Position numbers and translations under genes: made by a program | Shown here: piece by piece, positions 54,934-64,000 of the stretch | Layout: each line of letters begins with the position of its first letter | Numbering within the stretch: position 1 is the first letter of the stretch | Source of the DNA: an uncultured virus (IMG/VR IMGVR_UViG_3300017963_000243) | Lineage: Duplodnaviria > Heunggongvirae > Uroviricota > Caudoviricetes | IMG/VR virus record: IMGVR_UViG_3300017963_000243 | Location: 1-64,000 of that record | DNA: 64,000 bases | Strand: one strand, 5' to 3' | Notes under the pieces: generated by a model | What the model was told of the DNA's origin: nothing | Databases searched by the model: none | What the model saw: the letters and a program-made list of their open reading frames with translations, nothing else

Positions 54934-56678
54934 TACAGCATCCCCCCTTGAGCCTCCTGGCCCTTACCGCGAGTCATCTGTTCCCACCTCTGAATCGCGA
55001 CAGAGTACAAGACAAAGTCCTCTTTCATGAGAGAATCCATGGCGCTCTTACGTCCCCCGTCATCCATGCTCATCCACTCTTGCACCAACATATCCGCCTG
55101 ACCGATGAGTTGCTGCTGGTCGTAACCCATCCCACCAGACTGCGCTTGTTGCGCCTCCATCTGTGCTTGTTGCGCCATATTGTTCTGGAGCTTTCGGATT
55201 TCAAGTTGGAGTTCAGTCTCCCTACGAACGTTGTCCAGCTCTTCCTGTCGGATACGGTCCTCTTCCTGGTCCAAATCGATACTGTTCTGCTCCGCCATGG
55301 TCTTGTCCGAAATGATCTTTCGACCCATCTGGATACCCGACTGGTAAAGCTGCATCGTGATTTGCTTCTGGTACTGATCATCGATCATCCGGAACGGTGC
55401 AAGTTCCACGGGGATCTTTTCGAACCCCAGGAACTTCGCACAACTGTCGTCAATCCACTGGAGACAATCATTAAGGTCATTAACGTGTGTCTCTAGCTGA
55501 TTTTCGATAAGTCGCAGCGTAGCTTCCATCCCGCTCTTGGTGAGGCCACCATACAGGAACTCAATGGGGATCCCGAGAGCGGCAACGATGTTCTTCTCTG
55601 CTTCTTGTACCTCACCTAACGTCAGAAGCGCGCGTCCCTGTCCCCCGATTTGCGTCATCCCAATTGGGATAGGCGCGAACATCATATGGAGGGGGTCTAC
55701 GCGCCACTGCTTGAAGTGATCTTTCAGTTTGGTCTTCCACTCTTCGAGGCTAATGGTCGTGACAGGGTCCGCGTTCCCACTTGACTGTGCGGGATGCACA
55801 ATCCGGAAGGGTGTCAGGTGGTCAAGAGCGATAGCCTCATTAGCTTTACGCAAAATTGCTGCGTAGTGGAACAACTGCAGTGTCGAGAGCAGCGGTGGAA
55901 GGCCCCATTGCGGGTTGATCCCGGCAGGTCCCCCCACTTTCATGTGGAAGATGTATCCTGGAGCAAACTTGAACTGCTTCTTCTTCTGGATCGCCTTCAA
56001 GAACCCTACGGGCATACTGTCGATAACGAACTTGTGGCCCTTCTGTACGCTATCCACCATCGAACGTGGAATGGTGTGGTAGTACACCGACGCCCCTGTC
56101 AGGGGGTTGAAGTCCACGTCCATGTGCTTGGGGTCCCATCGAATAAAATTGATTCTCCGACTTACCGCGAGTTTGCGGTCCTCGATCTCTCTCTCGGTGG
56201 CGATAACCTCGTTGTCACATGCGGGACACCTATAAGTGAACCGCAGTGACGAGTAGCTGTATTTATAGTCCAAGTTCTGGATGTTGGTGAGTGTCTTGCA
56301 CTTAGGACACTTAAGATACCGGATGAAGGGTTGGTACATGGAGAGAAAGGCATTTCCGTACACGTACTTATCCAGGGTCATCTGAATGAGTATCTCCCGG
56401 ACGTGAAGAACCTTCTCTAACAAATTTTTGTGTCGAAGTTTGAGCGCCTCATTCTCGGTGTCGTAAAGGAGTTCTGTGATGGGATACTCACCAAACTTCC
56501 GCAACGCCGAGTAGATGTGAGCCGAGTTAAAAAACAAGTACTCGCACCACTTAAAGAGTTCTTTGAGCCTTCGCGGACTGTAAACCTGGCTATAGGTGTG
56601 GTAAGGATTGGTGTGGGGGGCGGTATCTCGCGTCCCACTGAGCATGTAGGGGTCAGATACGTTGAAATCATTCGTCAT
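54933..56678 (-). CDS. portal protein (putative) with Zn-ribbon insertion
   Basis: DKYVYGNAF, IFHMK..WGLPPL, ALGIPIEFLYG portal-like motifs; CPKC...CPAC. Confidence 0.7.
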   Translation of the reverse strand: MTNDFNVSDPYMLSGTRDTAPHTNPYHTYSQVYSPRRLKELFKWCEYLFFNSAHIYSALRKFGEYPITELLYDTENEALKLRHKNLLEKVLHVREILIQMTLDKYVYGNAFLSMYQPFIRYLKCPKCKTLTNIQNLDYKYSYSSLRFTYRCPACDNEVIATEREIEDRKLAVSRRINFIRWDPKHMDVDFNPLTGASVYYHTIPRSMVDSVQKGHKFVIDSMPVGFLKAIQKKKQFKFAPGYIFHMKVGGPAGINPQWGLPPLLSTLQLFHYAAILRKANEAIALDHLTPFRIVHPAQSSGNADPVTTISLEEWKTKLKDHFKQWRVDPLHMMFAPIPIGMTQIGGQGRALLTLGEVQEAEKNIVAALGIPIEFLYGGLTKSGMEATLRLIENQLETHVNDLNDCLQWIDDSCAKFLGFEKIPVELAPFRMIDDQYQKQITMQLYQSGIQMGRKIISDKTMAEQNSIDLDQEEDRIRQEELDNVRRETELQLEIRKLQNNMAQQAQMEAQQAQSGGMGYDQQQLIGQADMLVQEWMSMDDGGRKSAMDSLMKEDFVLYSVAIQRWEQMTRGKGQEAQGGML

Positions 56679-56738
56679 GACGTGCTCTCCTACTTCGATC
56701 CAGCTATCGAATCATAGCTCAAAACCGGAGTAAACACT

Positions 56739-58793
56739 ATGGAAGTCGGACTAACGGCTATTAACGAGACCCCTGTACTCACCGTAAATGACCCCACATC
56801 AAGTGGAAGTCGCGTATTCGGTGCCTCCATGGATCGAGGCAAGACACACTGGCGTTTTCCGGCATTCCCTCCATTTGTCGAGAGAGTACTACACGACCTC
56901 GGTAAAGTCTACGCGTCATTAACCTTTAGCCCACAAGCGGACACGTGGCTCTCAACGCTAAAAAAAGAGGAGGAGTGGGTAGACTTTGCAAGTAACACAA
57001 AACTCCCGGGGCCCTTTGGAAACTACGAACATCAGAACATCGGCCTAGGGAAACTCCTTCACAATTATCGCTACATTCTGCAGTGGGAGATGGGGACAGG
57101 GAAGACAAAGCCCATCATCGACATGACGTACCTCCTCGGGGAAAAGGTCCTGGTCTTATGCCCTCTAGTAGCGGCCAAGAACTGGGCTAAAGAGGTCAAG
57201 AAACACAGTGGAGGGGCCCTAAAACCTCTAGCAATGCTTGGTACACGGGGCAAAAAATTGCAGCTTCTCAACGATGCTGAGGACGCTGACGTTTTTATCA
57301 CCACGTACGATACGGCACGTTTACACGGAGTCCCTTCTGTATCCCCAAAAGTCGTCAAGGCTGTCATGGACTCCCGAGGATACTATTCAATAACGGAGGC
57401 GTTAAAACGTGCCCTGATGAACATCAACGATCCTGCAACGCAACTCAGATTCGCAGAGGAGTGGATCAGAGGGCGCTCTGTTCGCGAGATCGGACAGGAA
57501 TCTCGAGAGTTGGCCAAAGGCACGCTACAGTGGATAACTCAACTACCGTGCACCACCGTCGTAGCAGACGAGTCTCACCGTATTAAACACATCCGTAGCC
57601 AGCGTACGAAGGTGTGTATGCGGTTAGCTTCTAAATTTCCACGCCGATACTTACTTAGCGGAACCCTGAGCTTGGGAGATCCTCGGGATCTCTACCCACA
57701 GCTCAAGTTCCTAGCCCCGTACGCTCTCTCAGAGGACTATCGGGCGTTCTGTGACAAGTACGTAGTCTACTCCCAATGGAATAAACACGTAGTTGTGGGG
57801 TATAAGAAATTAGACTCATTGAACAAAGTGGTTACGGGAATTTCCGACAGGCGTGAACTAGAGGAGTGTGTGGACCTCCCTGAGCGCACAACTGAAACGC
57901 TTTATTTTGACCTCACCCGTGAACAGCTCCGAGACTACAACGGAGCCATCGAAAACATGCTCATTGACCGCCCGAACGCCGAGCCCCTCGAACTTCAGAA
58001 CGGTGCCATTCGCCTTAATAAGCTTTTGCAAATATGTAGCGGCTTCGTCTACTCCCCGAAGGCTACTGAGAGTCCGTGTGACGAGTGTTCGGACCTGCGT
58101 AGGTGTGTCGTTAACGGAATACATCCCGGGTCCCCCCGCTGCACCCAAGTAGCAGAGGCACCTGAGAGGGAGACACTCCGATACTCGAAGAATCCTAAGC
58201 TAGAGCGCATAAGCGAATTCCTCGACGATCTCTTGGATAATAAGGTGACTAAGGTCATCATATGGGCCAATTTCGAAGCGGAATTGGATGACCTCGAAGA
58301 GCTTATCTCCAAAAAGCAGTTGGGGTACGTACGCGTCGATGGGAGCAACTCCAACAAGATGTCCGAGATGGAGGAGGTCTTTCAGAACGACGCGAACTGT
58401 CGAGTCTTTTTGGGTCAGATCAAAACAGGTATCGCAGTTACGCTTACTGCTGCCAAGTACACGGTTTACTATTCCCGAAGTTGGTCGCTAGAAGACTGGT
58501 TGCAATCGCGTAATCGAAATTTTCGAATCGGACAGACGAAGAAGACTGTTATCTATCATTTGTGCGGGAAGAAAACCGTAGAGGCTCAGCAAATAGCCGC
58601 ACTGAAGTCGAAGCAAGATATCTCTTCTTCTCTTACGAAACACATCAACTGTATGGTGTGCGCGCAGTACCCCACCTGTGCCAAGGACAAAGTAGATCCG
58701 TGGACGGACGGCTGCATCTTAGGGCGCGAGGTTAAAAAGAAGATCACCCGGGTAGGTGTAATCCACCTAGGAGAGGACACGGAGGAAGCGTAA
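56739..58793 (+). CDS. SNF2-family helicase
   Basis: EMGTGKT, ADESH, LLSGT, QSRNRNFRIGQ. Confidence 0.9.
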   Translation: MEVGLTAINETPVLTVNDPTSSGSRVFGASMDRGKTHWRFPAFPPFVERVLHDLGKVYASLTFSPQADTWLSTLKKEEEWVDFASNTKLPGPFGNYEHQNIGLGKLLHNYRYILQWEMGTGKTKPIIDMTYLLGEKVLVLCPLVAAKNWAKEVKKHSGGALKPLAMLGTRGKKLQLLNDAEDADVFITTYDTARLHGVPSVSPKVVKAVMDSRGYYSITEALKRALMNINDPATQLRFAEEWIRGRSVREIGQESRELAKGTLQWITQLPCTTVVADESHRIKHIRSQRTKVCMRLASKFPRRYLLSGTLSLGDPRDLYPQLKFLAPYALSEDYRAFCDKYVVYSQWNKHVVVGYKKLDSLNKVVTGISDRRELEECVDLPERTTETLYFDLTREQLRDYNGAIENMLIDRPNAEPLELQNGAIRLNKLLQICSGFVYSPKATESPCDECSDLRRCVVNGIHPGSPRCTQVAEAPERETLRYSKNPKLERISEFLDDLLDNKVTKVIIWANFEAELDDLEELISKKQLGYVRVDGSNSNKMSEMEEVFQNDANCRVFLGQIKTGIAVTLTAAKYTVYYSRSWSLEDWLQSRNRNFRIGQTKKTVIYHLCGKKTVEAQQIAALKSKQDISSSLTKHINCMVCAQYPTCAKDKVDPWTDGCILGREVKKKITRVGVIHLGEDTEEA

Positions 58794-59185
58794 TGGACAT
58801 CGTACTACGAGAACACGACGTTAAAAGAATGATAGGAGAAGCCCTGGGAGTAAAGATCCCTCCTGACGATTTGATGGTCGAGCAGGACCCCCTGAGTGTG
58901 ACTATCGTAAATGCGGAAAAATACCTCTACAAAAAGAAACCAGTTTTACGAGGTAAACCTGACGAAGCACCGTCGCAACCTCCAGATGCCTCTGAAGACT
59001 CCGAGCCCCCGCCAAGCGCGGACGCCTCACCCCTCATGTCCATGGACGACTTGAAACGGGAGAGCGCGGGCCTGGCAGCGGCTCCTCCACAAACGGGGAA
59101 TTCTGAAAACTCTCCCCGAGCGCTGGGAGCCAACGAACGCACTGAAGTGCCGCCCCCAACCGAACACGGCAAGGAGAAATTGTAA
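58793..59185 (+). CDS. hypothetical protein
   Basis: 130 aa, translationally coupled. Confidence 0.65.
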   Translation: MDIVLREHDVKRMIGEALGVKIPPDDLMVEQDPLSVTIVNAEKYLYKKKPVLRGKPDEAPSQPPDASEDSEPPPSADASPLMSMDDLKRESAGLAAAPPQTGNSENSPRALGANERTEVPPPTEHGKEKL

Positions 59186-60043
59186 ATGCCCGAACTCAAT
59201 ATACATGGAAAGATCGTGGAGGTTCCCGCGGGATTCGGAGATTCCGGACTCCCTAATAAGGAATACTTCTCACACTCCCAGTTCTCAATGTATCGGAGGT
59301 GCCCCCGGCAGTTCGAATACCGCTACGTACTCGGTATGCGCCAACCGCCGGGTATCGCCATGACACAGGGGACGGTCATCCATGCCGGAGCAGAGGCCAC
59401 ACACCGCGCCACTATCGAAAACGGTAGGCCCCTATCACTAGAGCACGCAGAGGCTATAGTGTCGGACAAGTTCGATTCTGTGAAGGAGTACATCGAAGAC
59501 TGGGGAGACGCGAAGCCAGGAAAGGTCAAAGAACTGACGCTTCACCACTTCCGAGTCTACCATAAACAGTCGATACCCCTGGTACGCCCCAAAGCGGTGG
59601 AGGAGCCGTTTGCGGTTAAAGTCGGGACAGTACCCATCGTCGGCTTTATCGACCTCATTGACGAGGTGATGTTGGATCGCGAAAATGATACCCTGGCCAA
59701 AGGGGAAGGTCCGCTAGTCACGGAAGTCGTCACGGACTTGAAGTTCACGGGTCGTAAATGGCAGGCGGCTAAGTTGAGACATGACACCCAGCTGACTCTT
59801 TATGCGCACGTTAAGGGGATTCCACGTGTTCGCATCGACTTTCTGCTTGACCAGAAGAGCGGCACTCGTTACGTTCAGGAAAGATCGTTAAGGACACCGC
59901 GGGATGCTAAGAACTTCGAAGAAGACCTGGAAGAATGTGTGGACCTCATCAAGAAAGGCATCTTCCCGCGTTGTGACCCGACGACCTGGGCCTGTACTCC
60001 GCGCTTCTGCGGCTACTACGAAAGATGTCGAGGACCCCAATGA
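59186..60043 (+). CDS. PD-(D/E)xK RecB/Cas4-like exonuclease
   Basis: SHSQF..CPRQ, GTVIH, GFIDLID, TDLKF, QLTLYA, C-terminal Cys cluster. Confidence 0.88.
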   Translation: MPELNIHGKIVEVPAGFGDSGLPNKEYFSHSQFSMYRRCPRQFEYRYVLGMRQPPGIAMTQGTVIHAGAEATHRATIENGRPLSLEHAEAIVSDKFDSVKEYIEDWGDAKPGKVKELTLHHFRVYHKQSIPLVRPKAVEEPFAVKVGTVPIVGFIDLIDEVMLDRENDTLAKGEGPLVTEVVTDLKFTGRKWQAAKLRHDTQLTLYAHVKGIPRVRIDFLLDQKSGTRYVQERSLRTPRDAKNFEEDLEECVDLIKKGIFPRCDPTTWACTPRFCGYYERCRGPQ

Positions 60044-61230
60044 CTGAGGAACTGAAACTCCGCGACTTCACCGAACTGTCTCCCAAAGAGTTTTGGAAAC
60101 TCGTTGATGCCGAAGCAGGAGCTGCGCAGACAAAAGTACAGGAGATCTTTGAGAAGGCTAACCGCCAAGTACTCAACCAGAAAGAAGCGATTGAGGGGTT
60201 GGATGCGCTTTTCATTGATTCGCACCGGCGAATCAAGGAGCACAGCTCTGCGCTCGCTAAACACTACCCTACCAAACAGCTGACCAAAAATAAGCTAGAG
60301 GACTTGGAGCATATGTGGTGGGTCGACCACTACACCTCGGGGGTCTCTCGGTGGTCGACTCTCAGCTGGTTCAGCTCCAAGAAGAATGCGAATAAGAAAG
60401 GGAAGATGCGGTATAACGGAGCTTCGACGCATTTTGTCCTCGGCTACGAGGGCTACCCTTTCTATATTATCCCGCTCATGCACGGAGCGTGGCATGAACC
60501 GAAGCGTAACAGAGACTCCATCAGCATCGAGATGGTAAACTGCGGCGCTATCAAGGAACATAAGGGTAAGTACTGCTACTGGCCCAAGGGATACACGCAA
60601 GAAATCCCGGCACAACTCGTAGCCGAACTTCCTCCGACGAGGCTCCCTTTCAATTTCCGAGGAGCTAAGATCCTCCAGCCGTTTACGGCGTCCCAGATAA
60701 AGTACAATGTTCTCCTCAAGCGCATTATCCTCGCAGCTTTACCCGGTAAATTGGACCGTTCACGCTTCAGTCAGCACCAGGAATGGCGCAGTACCAAGCT
60801 GGACATGGGACCTCTGTGGCCTTTCAAGGACGTCAACGATGCTGCGCATGATGCATTCCCGATCTCGCAGTACTCCTTCCTCTCCAAATTTGAATTAGCA
60901 GTCAAAGACGGCACGATCACCGAAGCTGAAGCTGCCGAACTGGAGATGGAAGGACACAGCCCTGAGTATGGAGACGAGACTCCTACTCACGATGATGACC
61001 TGGACGACGACAACGAAAGCGTAATGTCGATCTCTGAGGTCCAAGAATATCTTAACCTTTACGGATTCCGTGTGGAAGTCGATGGTAAGTTCGGTCCCCA
61101 GACCAAGAAAGCTGTCGGCAAATTCCAGACCGTCTATAACATGAAGTATCCGAGTACGGACGCCCTGGCTGTCGACGGCATACCAGGCCCCCGTACGTGT
61201 GCAGCTCTCAAACGGTATGAGAAGGAGTGA
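60040..61230 (+). CDS. N-acetylmuramoyl-L-alanine amidase with C-terminal peptidoglycan-binding domain
   Basis: DHYT, ASTHFV, AWH..N..SISIEMVN, KLDMG; VDGKFGPQT and VDGIPGPRT. Confidence 0.85.
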   Translation: MTEELKLRDFTELSPKEFWKLVDAEAGAAQTKVQEIFEKANRQVLNQKEAIEGLDALFIDSHRRIKEHSSALAKHYPTKQLTKNKLEDLEHMWWVDHYTSGVSRWSTLSWFSSKKNANKKGKMRYNGASTHFVLGYEGYPFYIIPLMHGAWHEPKRNRDSISIEMVNCGAIKEHKGKYCYWPKGYTQEIPAQLVAELPPTRLPFNFRGAKILQPFTASQIKYNVLLKRIILAALPGKLDRSRFSQHQEWRSTKLDMGPLWPFKDVNDAAHDAFPISQYSFLSKFELAVKDGTITEAEAAELEMEGHSPEYGDETPTHDDDLDDDNESVMSISEVQEYLNLYGFRVEVDGKFGPQTKKAVGKFQTVYNMKYPSTDALAVDGIPGPRTCAALKRYEKE

Positions 61231-61580
61231 CCGCCATGGAACTGAACGAAGTCTGCAGCAGGTGTGGGAAGTCCGTTAAGGTTCCCGCTGACCCCGAGTT
61301 GATGAAACTCAAGATCGAGGAGGAAGCCTCTGTCAATGAGATCATCGAGAAGTTTCGGCAATTCGCCGATAACCTCGAGGACCCTCTCCCCGAAATCATC
61401 ACGCTCGTCCGTGTGCAAGACGACAACGGAGAGTACCGCTTCGATGTCAAGGCGCTCACCAAGCTGTGCGGCCCTGATGAGACCAAGAAGCGGAACAAGA
61501 GCGGCTGCTTGAAGCGCGTCCAGGCTCTGGTAGATGACATCTACCGACAGGCTAAGGGCCCTTCTAAGAGTAAGGAATGA
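61227..61580 (+). CDS. hypothetical protein with CxxC
   Basis: GTGA-coupled; 117 aa. Confidence 0.6.
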   Translation: MTAMELNEVCSRCGKSVKVPADPELMKLKIEEEASVNEIIEKFRQFADNLEDPLPEIITLVRVQDDNGEYRFDVKALTKLCGPDETKKRNKSGCLKRVQALVDDIYRQAKGPSKSKE

Positions 61581-61756
61581 TGGAGAAATACGGAGTAGAC
61601 CAGGAGCCCGAGCAAAAAACCGCTAACGAAATCGAGTCCAAATGCCCTCAGTGCGGAAAACGACTTCGAGACAGAAGCGAAACCGGCGTGCTGGTCTGTC
61701 CGCAGTGCGGAAGTCGACCCTTCGAGTCGACCGAACCTCCGTCGCCCAAAAGCTGA
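61577..61756 (+). CDS. zinc-ribbon small protein missing from the ORF track (59 aa)
   Basis: MMEKYGVDQEPEQKTA...CPQCG...CPQCG; ATGA overlap. Confidence 0.7.
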   Translation: MMEKYGVDQEPEQKTANEIESKCPQCGKRLRDRSETGVLVCPQCGSRPFESTEPPSPKS

Positions 61757-61929
61757 GGATCATTCGGGCCCTTTACTTCGTCGCGTACAACAGTGACGAG
61801 AGCCTCTTTCCACAATCAGTAGAGCTCTTCCACACCCTTGGTGAGGTGCTGGAGGGCGTACCCCCCGACGAACTGAGCCTGCGTAACATCAGCAAGCAGG
61901 CCCTTCTCGAGGAGCTAGCGTTCGATTAG
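61642..61929 (+). CDS. hypothetical protein (true start probably later)
   Basis: 3' part fills the gap before ParB. Confidence 0.45.
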   Translation: MPSVRKTTSRQKRNRRAGLSAVRKSTLRVDRTSVAQKLRIIRALYFVAYNSDESLFPQSVELFHTLGEVLEGVPPDELSLRNISKQALLEELAFD

Positions 61930-61955
61930 TCTCTAGCTCCACGGAGTGACCGCCA

Positions 61956-63032
61956 ATGACCGAAAAACAAGAGAACAAAGACACCCCGGTGTCTGCCGAC
62001 ACCCAAGAGTCAAAAAACCAGAAGGAGAAAAACGTGACTGACGCCAAGGCACCAGAGAAGACTGAGCGTAAAGCTCCGAAGAAGAAAGCCCCTGTCAAGA
62101 AGGAAGAGCCGGTAGCGGAGAACAACTTCGTTGTGAAGCTCACTGACATCGAGCTCCCGGACAAGTGGAACCGGGACAAGCCCGGTAACCTCGGGTCATT
62201 GACCACGTCGCTCAAGACCATCGGGCAAATCGTCGCCATGGTCGTGCAGCCTCACCCCACCAAGAAGGGGAAATATGTCCTCGTGGATGGGCGGCGGCGT
62301 TACATGGCGCTCCAAGACGCGAAAATCAAAAATGCGTTCGTTACGTTCACCGCGGGCGATGAGACCGAAGCCTACACCAAGTCCCTGGTGGCAAACATCA
62401 ACCGGGAAGGTCACAACCCTATGGAGATCGCCAACGCGTTCTCTGAGTTGATCGAAGGAGGTATGAATAACCGCAAGATCGCCCGGGCAGGTGGCGTCTC
62501 CGAGGGGTTCGTTTCGCAACACTTGTCGCTCCTCGACCTCGACAGTGCGGTACAGAAAGCTATCGCGAAGGACGTCATCTCGATGTCCCAGGCGCGCATC
62601 CTCTGCCGCGTCAATGTGGAAGAACATTCCACTTTCTTCTTCCGCCTGTTCGAACAGATGGTAACCAAGGGTCTCAGCGCCCCCGAAGCGGACGAGAAGA
62701 CGAAAGCGTATCTCGACCGTTACAAGCAGCGCCAAAAGGAGAAGGAAGAGGCGCAGAAGGCCAAGGACAAAGCCGCTGGGAAGGACACTTCCAGCAAGAA
62801 GGGCGCAGGGAAGAAGCCGGAAGAGCCCAAGAAGGGCCCCGGACGTCCAGAAGCCGAGGTTCCGACCTATGATGACCGTAAGGCTGACATCCGCCCCTCG
62901 AACAAGACGGAGCTCCTTGCCTACCTCAACGGTCACTCCGAGCGCATGGCGCGCGCCACGTCAGAGAAGACCAAGCAGTTCTTGAAGGGTGTGCTCCACG
63001 GTCTGGAGCTGGCTTCCGGTCTGAAGGAATAG
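61956..63032 (+). CDS. ParB/RepB/Spo0J family protein
   Basis: LVDGRRRYMA, ANINRE, HTH IARAGGVSEGFVSQHLSLL. Confidence 0.88.
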   Translation: MTEKQENKDTPVSADTQESKNQKEKNVTDAKAPEKTERKAPKKKAPVKKEEPVAENNFVVKLTDIELPDKWNRDKPGNLGSLTTSLKTIGQIVAMVVQPHPTKKGKYVLVDGRRRYMALQDAKIKNAFVTFTAGDETEAYTKSLVANINREGHNPMEIANAFSELIEGGMNNRKIARAGGVSEGFVSQHLSLLDLDSAVQKAIAKDVISMSQARILCRVNVEEHSTFFFRLFEQMVTKGLSAPEADEKTKAYLDRYKQRQKEKEEAQKAKDKAAGKDTSSKKGAGKKPEEPKKGPGRPEAEVPTYDDRKADIRPSNKTELLAYLNGHSERMARATSEKTKQFLKGVLHGLELASGLKE

Positions 63033-63034
63033 CG

Positions 63035-64000
63035 TTATTCCGCGCAGAGATCGCTCAAATCATTCACTGACAATCTTCGGAACTCTAACTTCACCTCTTG
63101 CAGTAGTCGCTGCTTGATCTGCCGGACACGTTCCGGAGTCAGGTCGGCGAGTACTGCAAGTTGGTGAAGACTCTTCGAAGAAGTTCGGCGCGTTTTTTCA
63201 GGGATGTTGTAGTACTGGAGTAAGATAAACTTGTCACGCGCACGCATTGGGATCTTGGAAAGCACGTCGCGAATCATCTTTGCGACAGTAGCGTCAATGA
63301 CTTCTTCCTCCATATCGGAGTCACTCGTAAGAGGTATCGGACGACCCTGGGCGTTCTCGAGAGGGACCATGATGTTGAGAGCTTCCTGGTCAACCACTGG
63401 CAGGAAGTCGTGAGCCTCACCTGAAGGGCATGGCGGTAGGCTTCTAGGGGTAATATCGCCATCTACTCGATAGTCGCAATGGCGGCACATAAACGACGTG
63501 GTACGTTGCGCTCTGCGGTGCGACTTATGTTTGTGGGAGGGGACGTGCACAATACTGCTACTTTGGATCTCATCAAACATCTCTTTTCGGATCCAATGTG
63601 CAGCGTAGGTCAAGAAGCGCGTCCCCTGAGTGATATCGAACTTGTCGATTGCAATGAGCAGCCCGACGTTTCCCGCTGACGTGAGTTGTTGTATTCGGTA
63701 CGGGTCTTTAGTAATGGACTTCGCCATGCGTACAACGAATCGCAAATTACCGTTTACAATACGTTCACGAGCATCGAGATCTCGCCCTCTACCGCACCTC
63801 AAGCAATAAGGTGGAGCATAGTAAGTTTCAAATTTGTCCCCGCACGCGGTACAAAGAGTTAAGTAGTATTCCGTGGCGTTTTCGTCACCCTCTACGGGAG
63901 CGTTGGCGCCACACTCAGTGCAGTAAGGTCTGCGAACTTTGTGAGGGATTAGCTCGTCGCAATGAGGGCACGTGTTGTAACGCTTAAGAAGCGCGCGCTC
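63035..64000 (-). CDS. sigma70-family RNA polymerase sigma factor with Zn-ribbon insertions (5'-partial)
   Basis: NLRFVV, GNVGLLIAIDKFD..GTRFLTYAAHWIR, LTPERVRQI; frame stays open to the window edge. Confidence 0.9.
   Translation of the reverse strand, partial: ERALLKRYNTCPHCDELIPHKVRRPYCTECGANAPVEGDENATEYYLTLCTACGDKFETYYAPPYCLRCGRGRDLDARERIVNGNLRFVVRMAKSITKDPYRIQQLTSAGNVGLLIAIDKFDITQGTRFLTYAAHWIRKEMFDEIQSSSIVHVPSHKHKSHRRAQRTTSFMCRHCDYRVDGDITPRSLPPCPSGEAHDFLPVVDQEALNIMVPLENAQGRPIPLTSDSDMEEEVIDATVAKMIRDVLSKIPMRARDKFILLQYYNIPEKTRRTSSKSLHQLAVLADLTPERVRQIKQRLLQEVKLEFRRLSVNDLSDLCAE

Overview
This window is part of a large lytic, contractile-tailed (jumbo-type) bacteriophage genome using genetic code 11, and most genes lie on the minus strand. 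About 15.7-56.7 kb is a virion and transcription module: portal, a phage multisubunit RNA polymerase, a LigD-like primase-polymerase/phosphoesterase, prohead protease, scaffold, major capsid, neck, sheath, tube, spike and many Gly-rich internal proteins sharing a K-x-A motif. The polymerase is encoded as one beta + beta'-N fusion plus a separate beta'-C gene. From 56.7 to 63 kb the + strand carries an SNF2 helicase, a PD-(D/E)xK nuclease, an amidase and ParB, followed by a convergent Zn-ribbon-rich sigma70. The first 15.6 kb is an accessory and translation-control region with 8 tRNAs, a tmRNA, boxA-like sites and a dense set of unannotated structured RNAs. The strongest new-system candidates are three. 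(1) A leader peptide with an in-frame UGA, an RGPP arrest motif and an SD-sequestering hairpin, forming a putative stop-codon-readthrough sensor, lies directly behind an atypical tRNA that can be read with a UCA anticodon. (2) A small RNA reproduces the uL11-binding GTPase-associated centre of 23S rRNA. (3) A tandem DIP1984-like protein gene is followed by a ~345-nt closed ncRNA containing nine ~8-nt periodic repeats. All calls come from reading the sequence by eye; no searches or folding programs were run.
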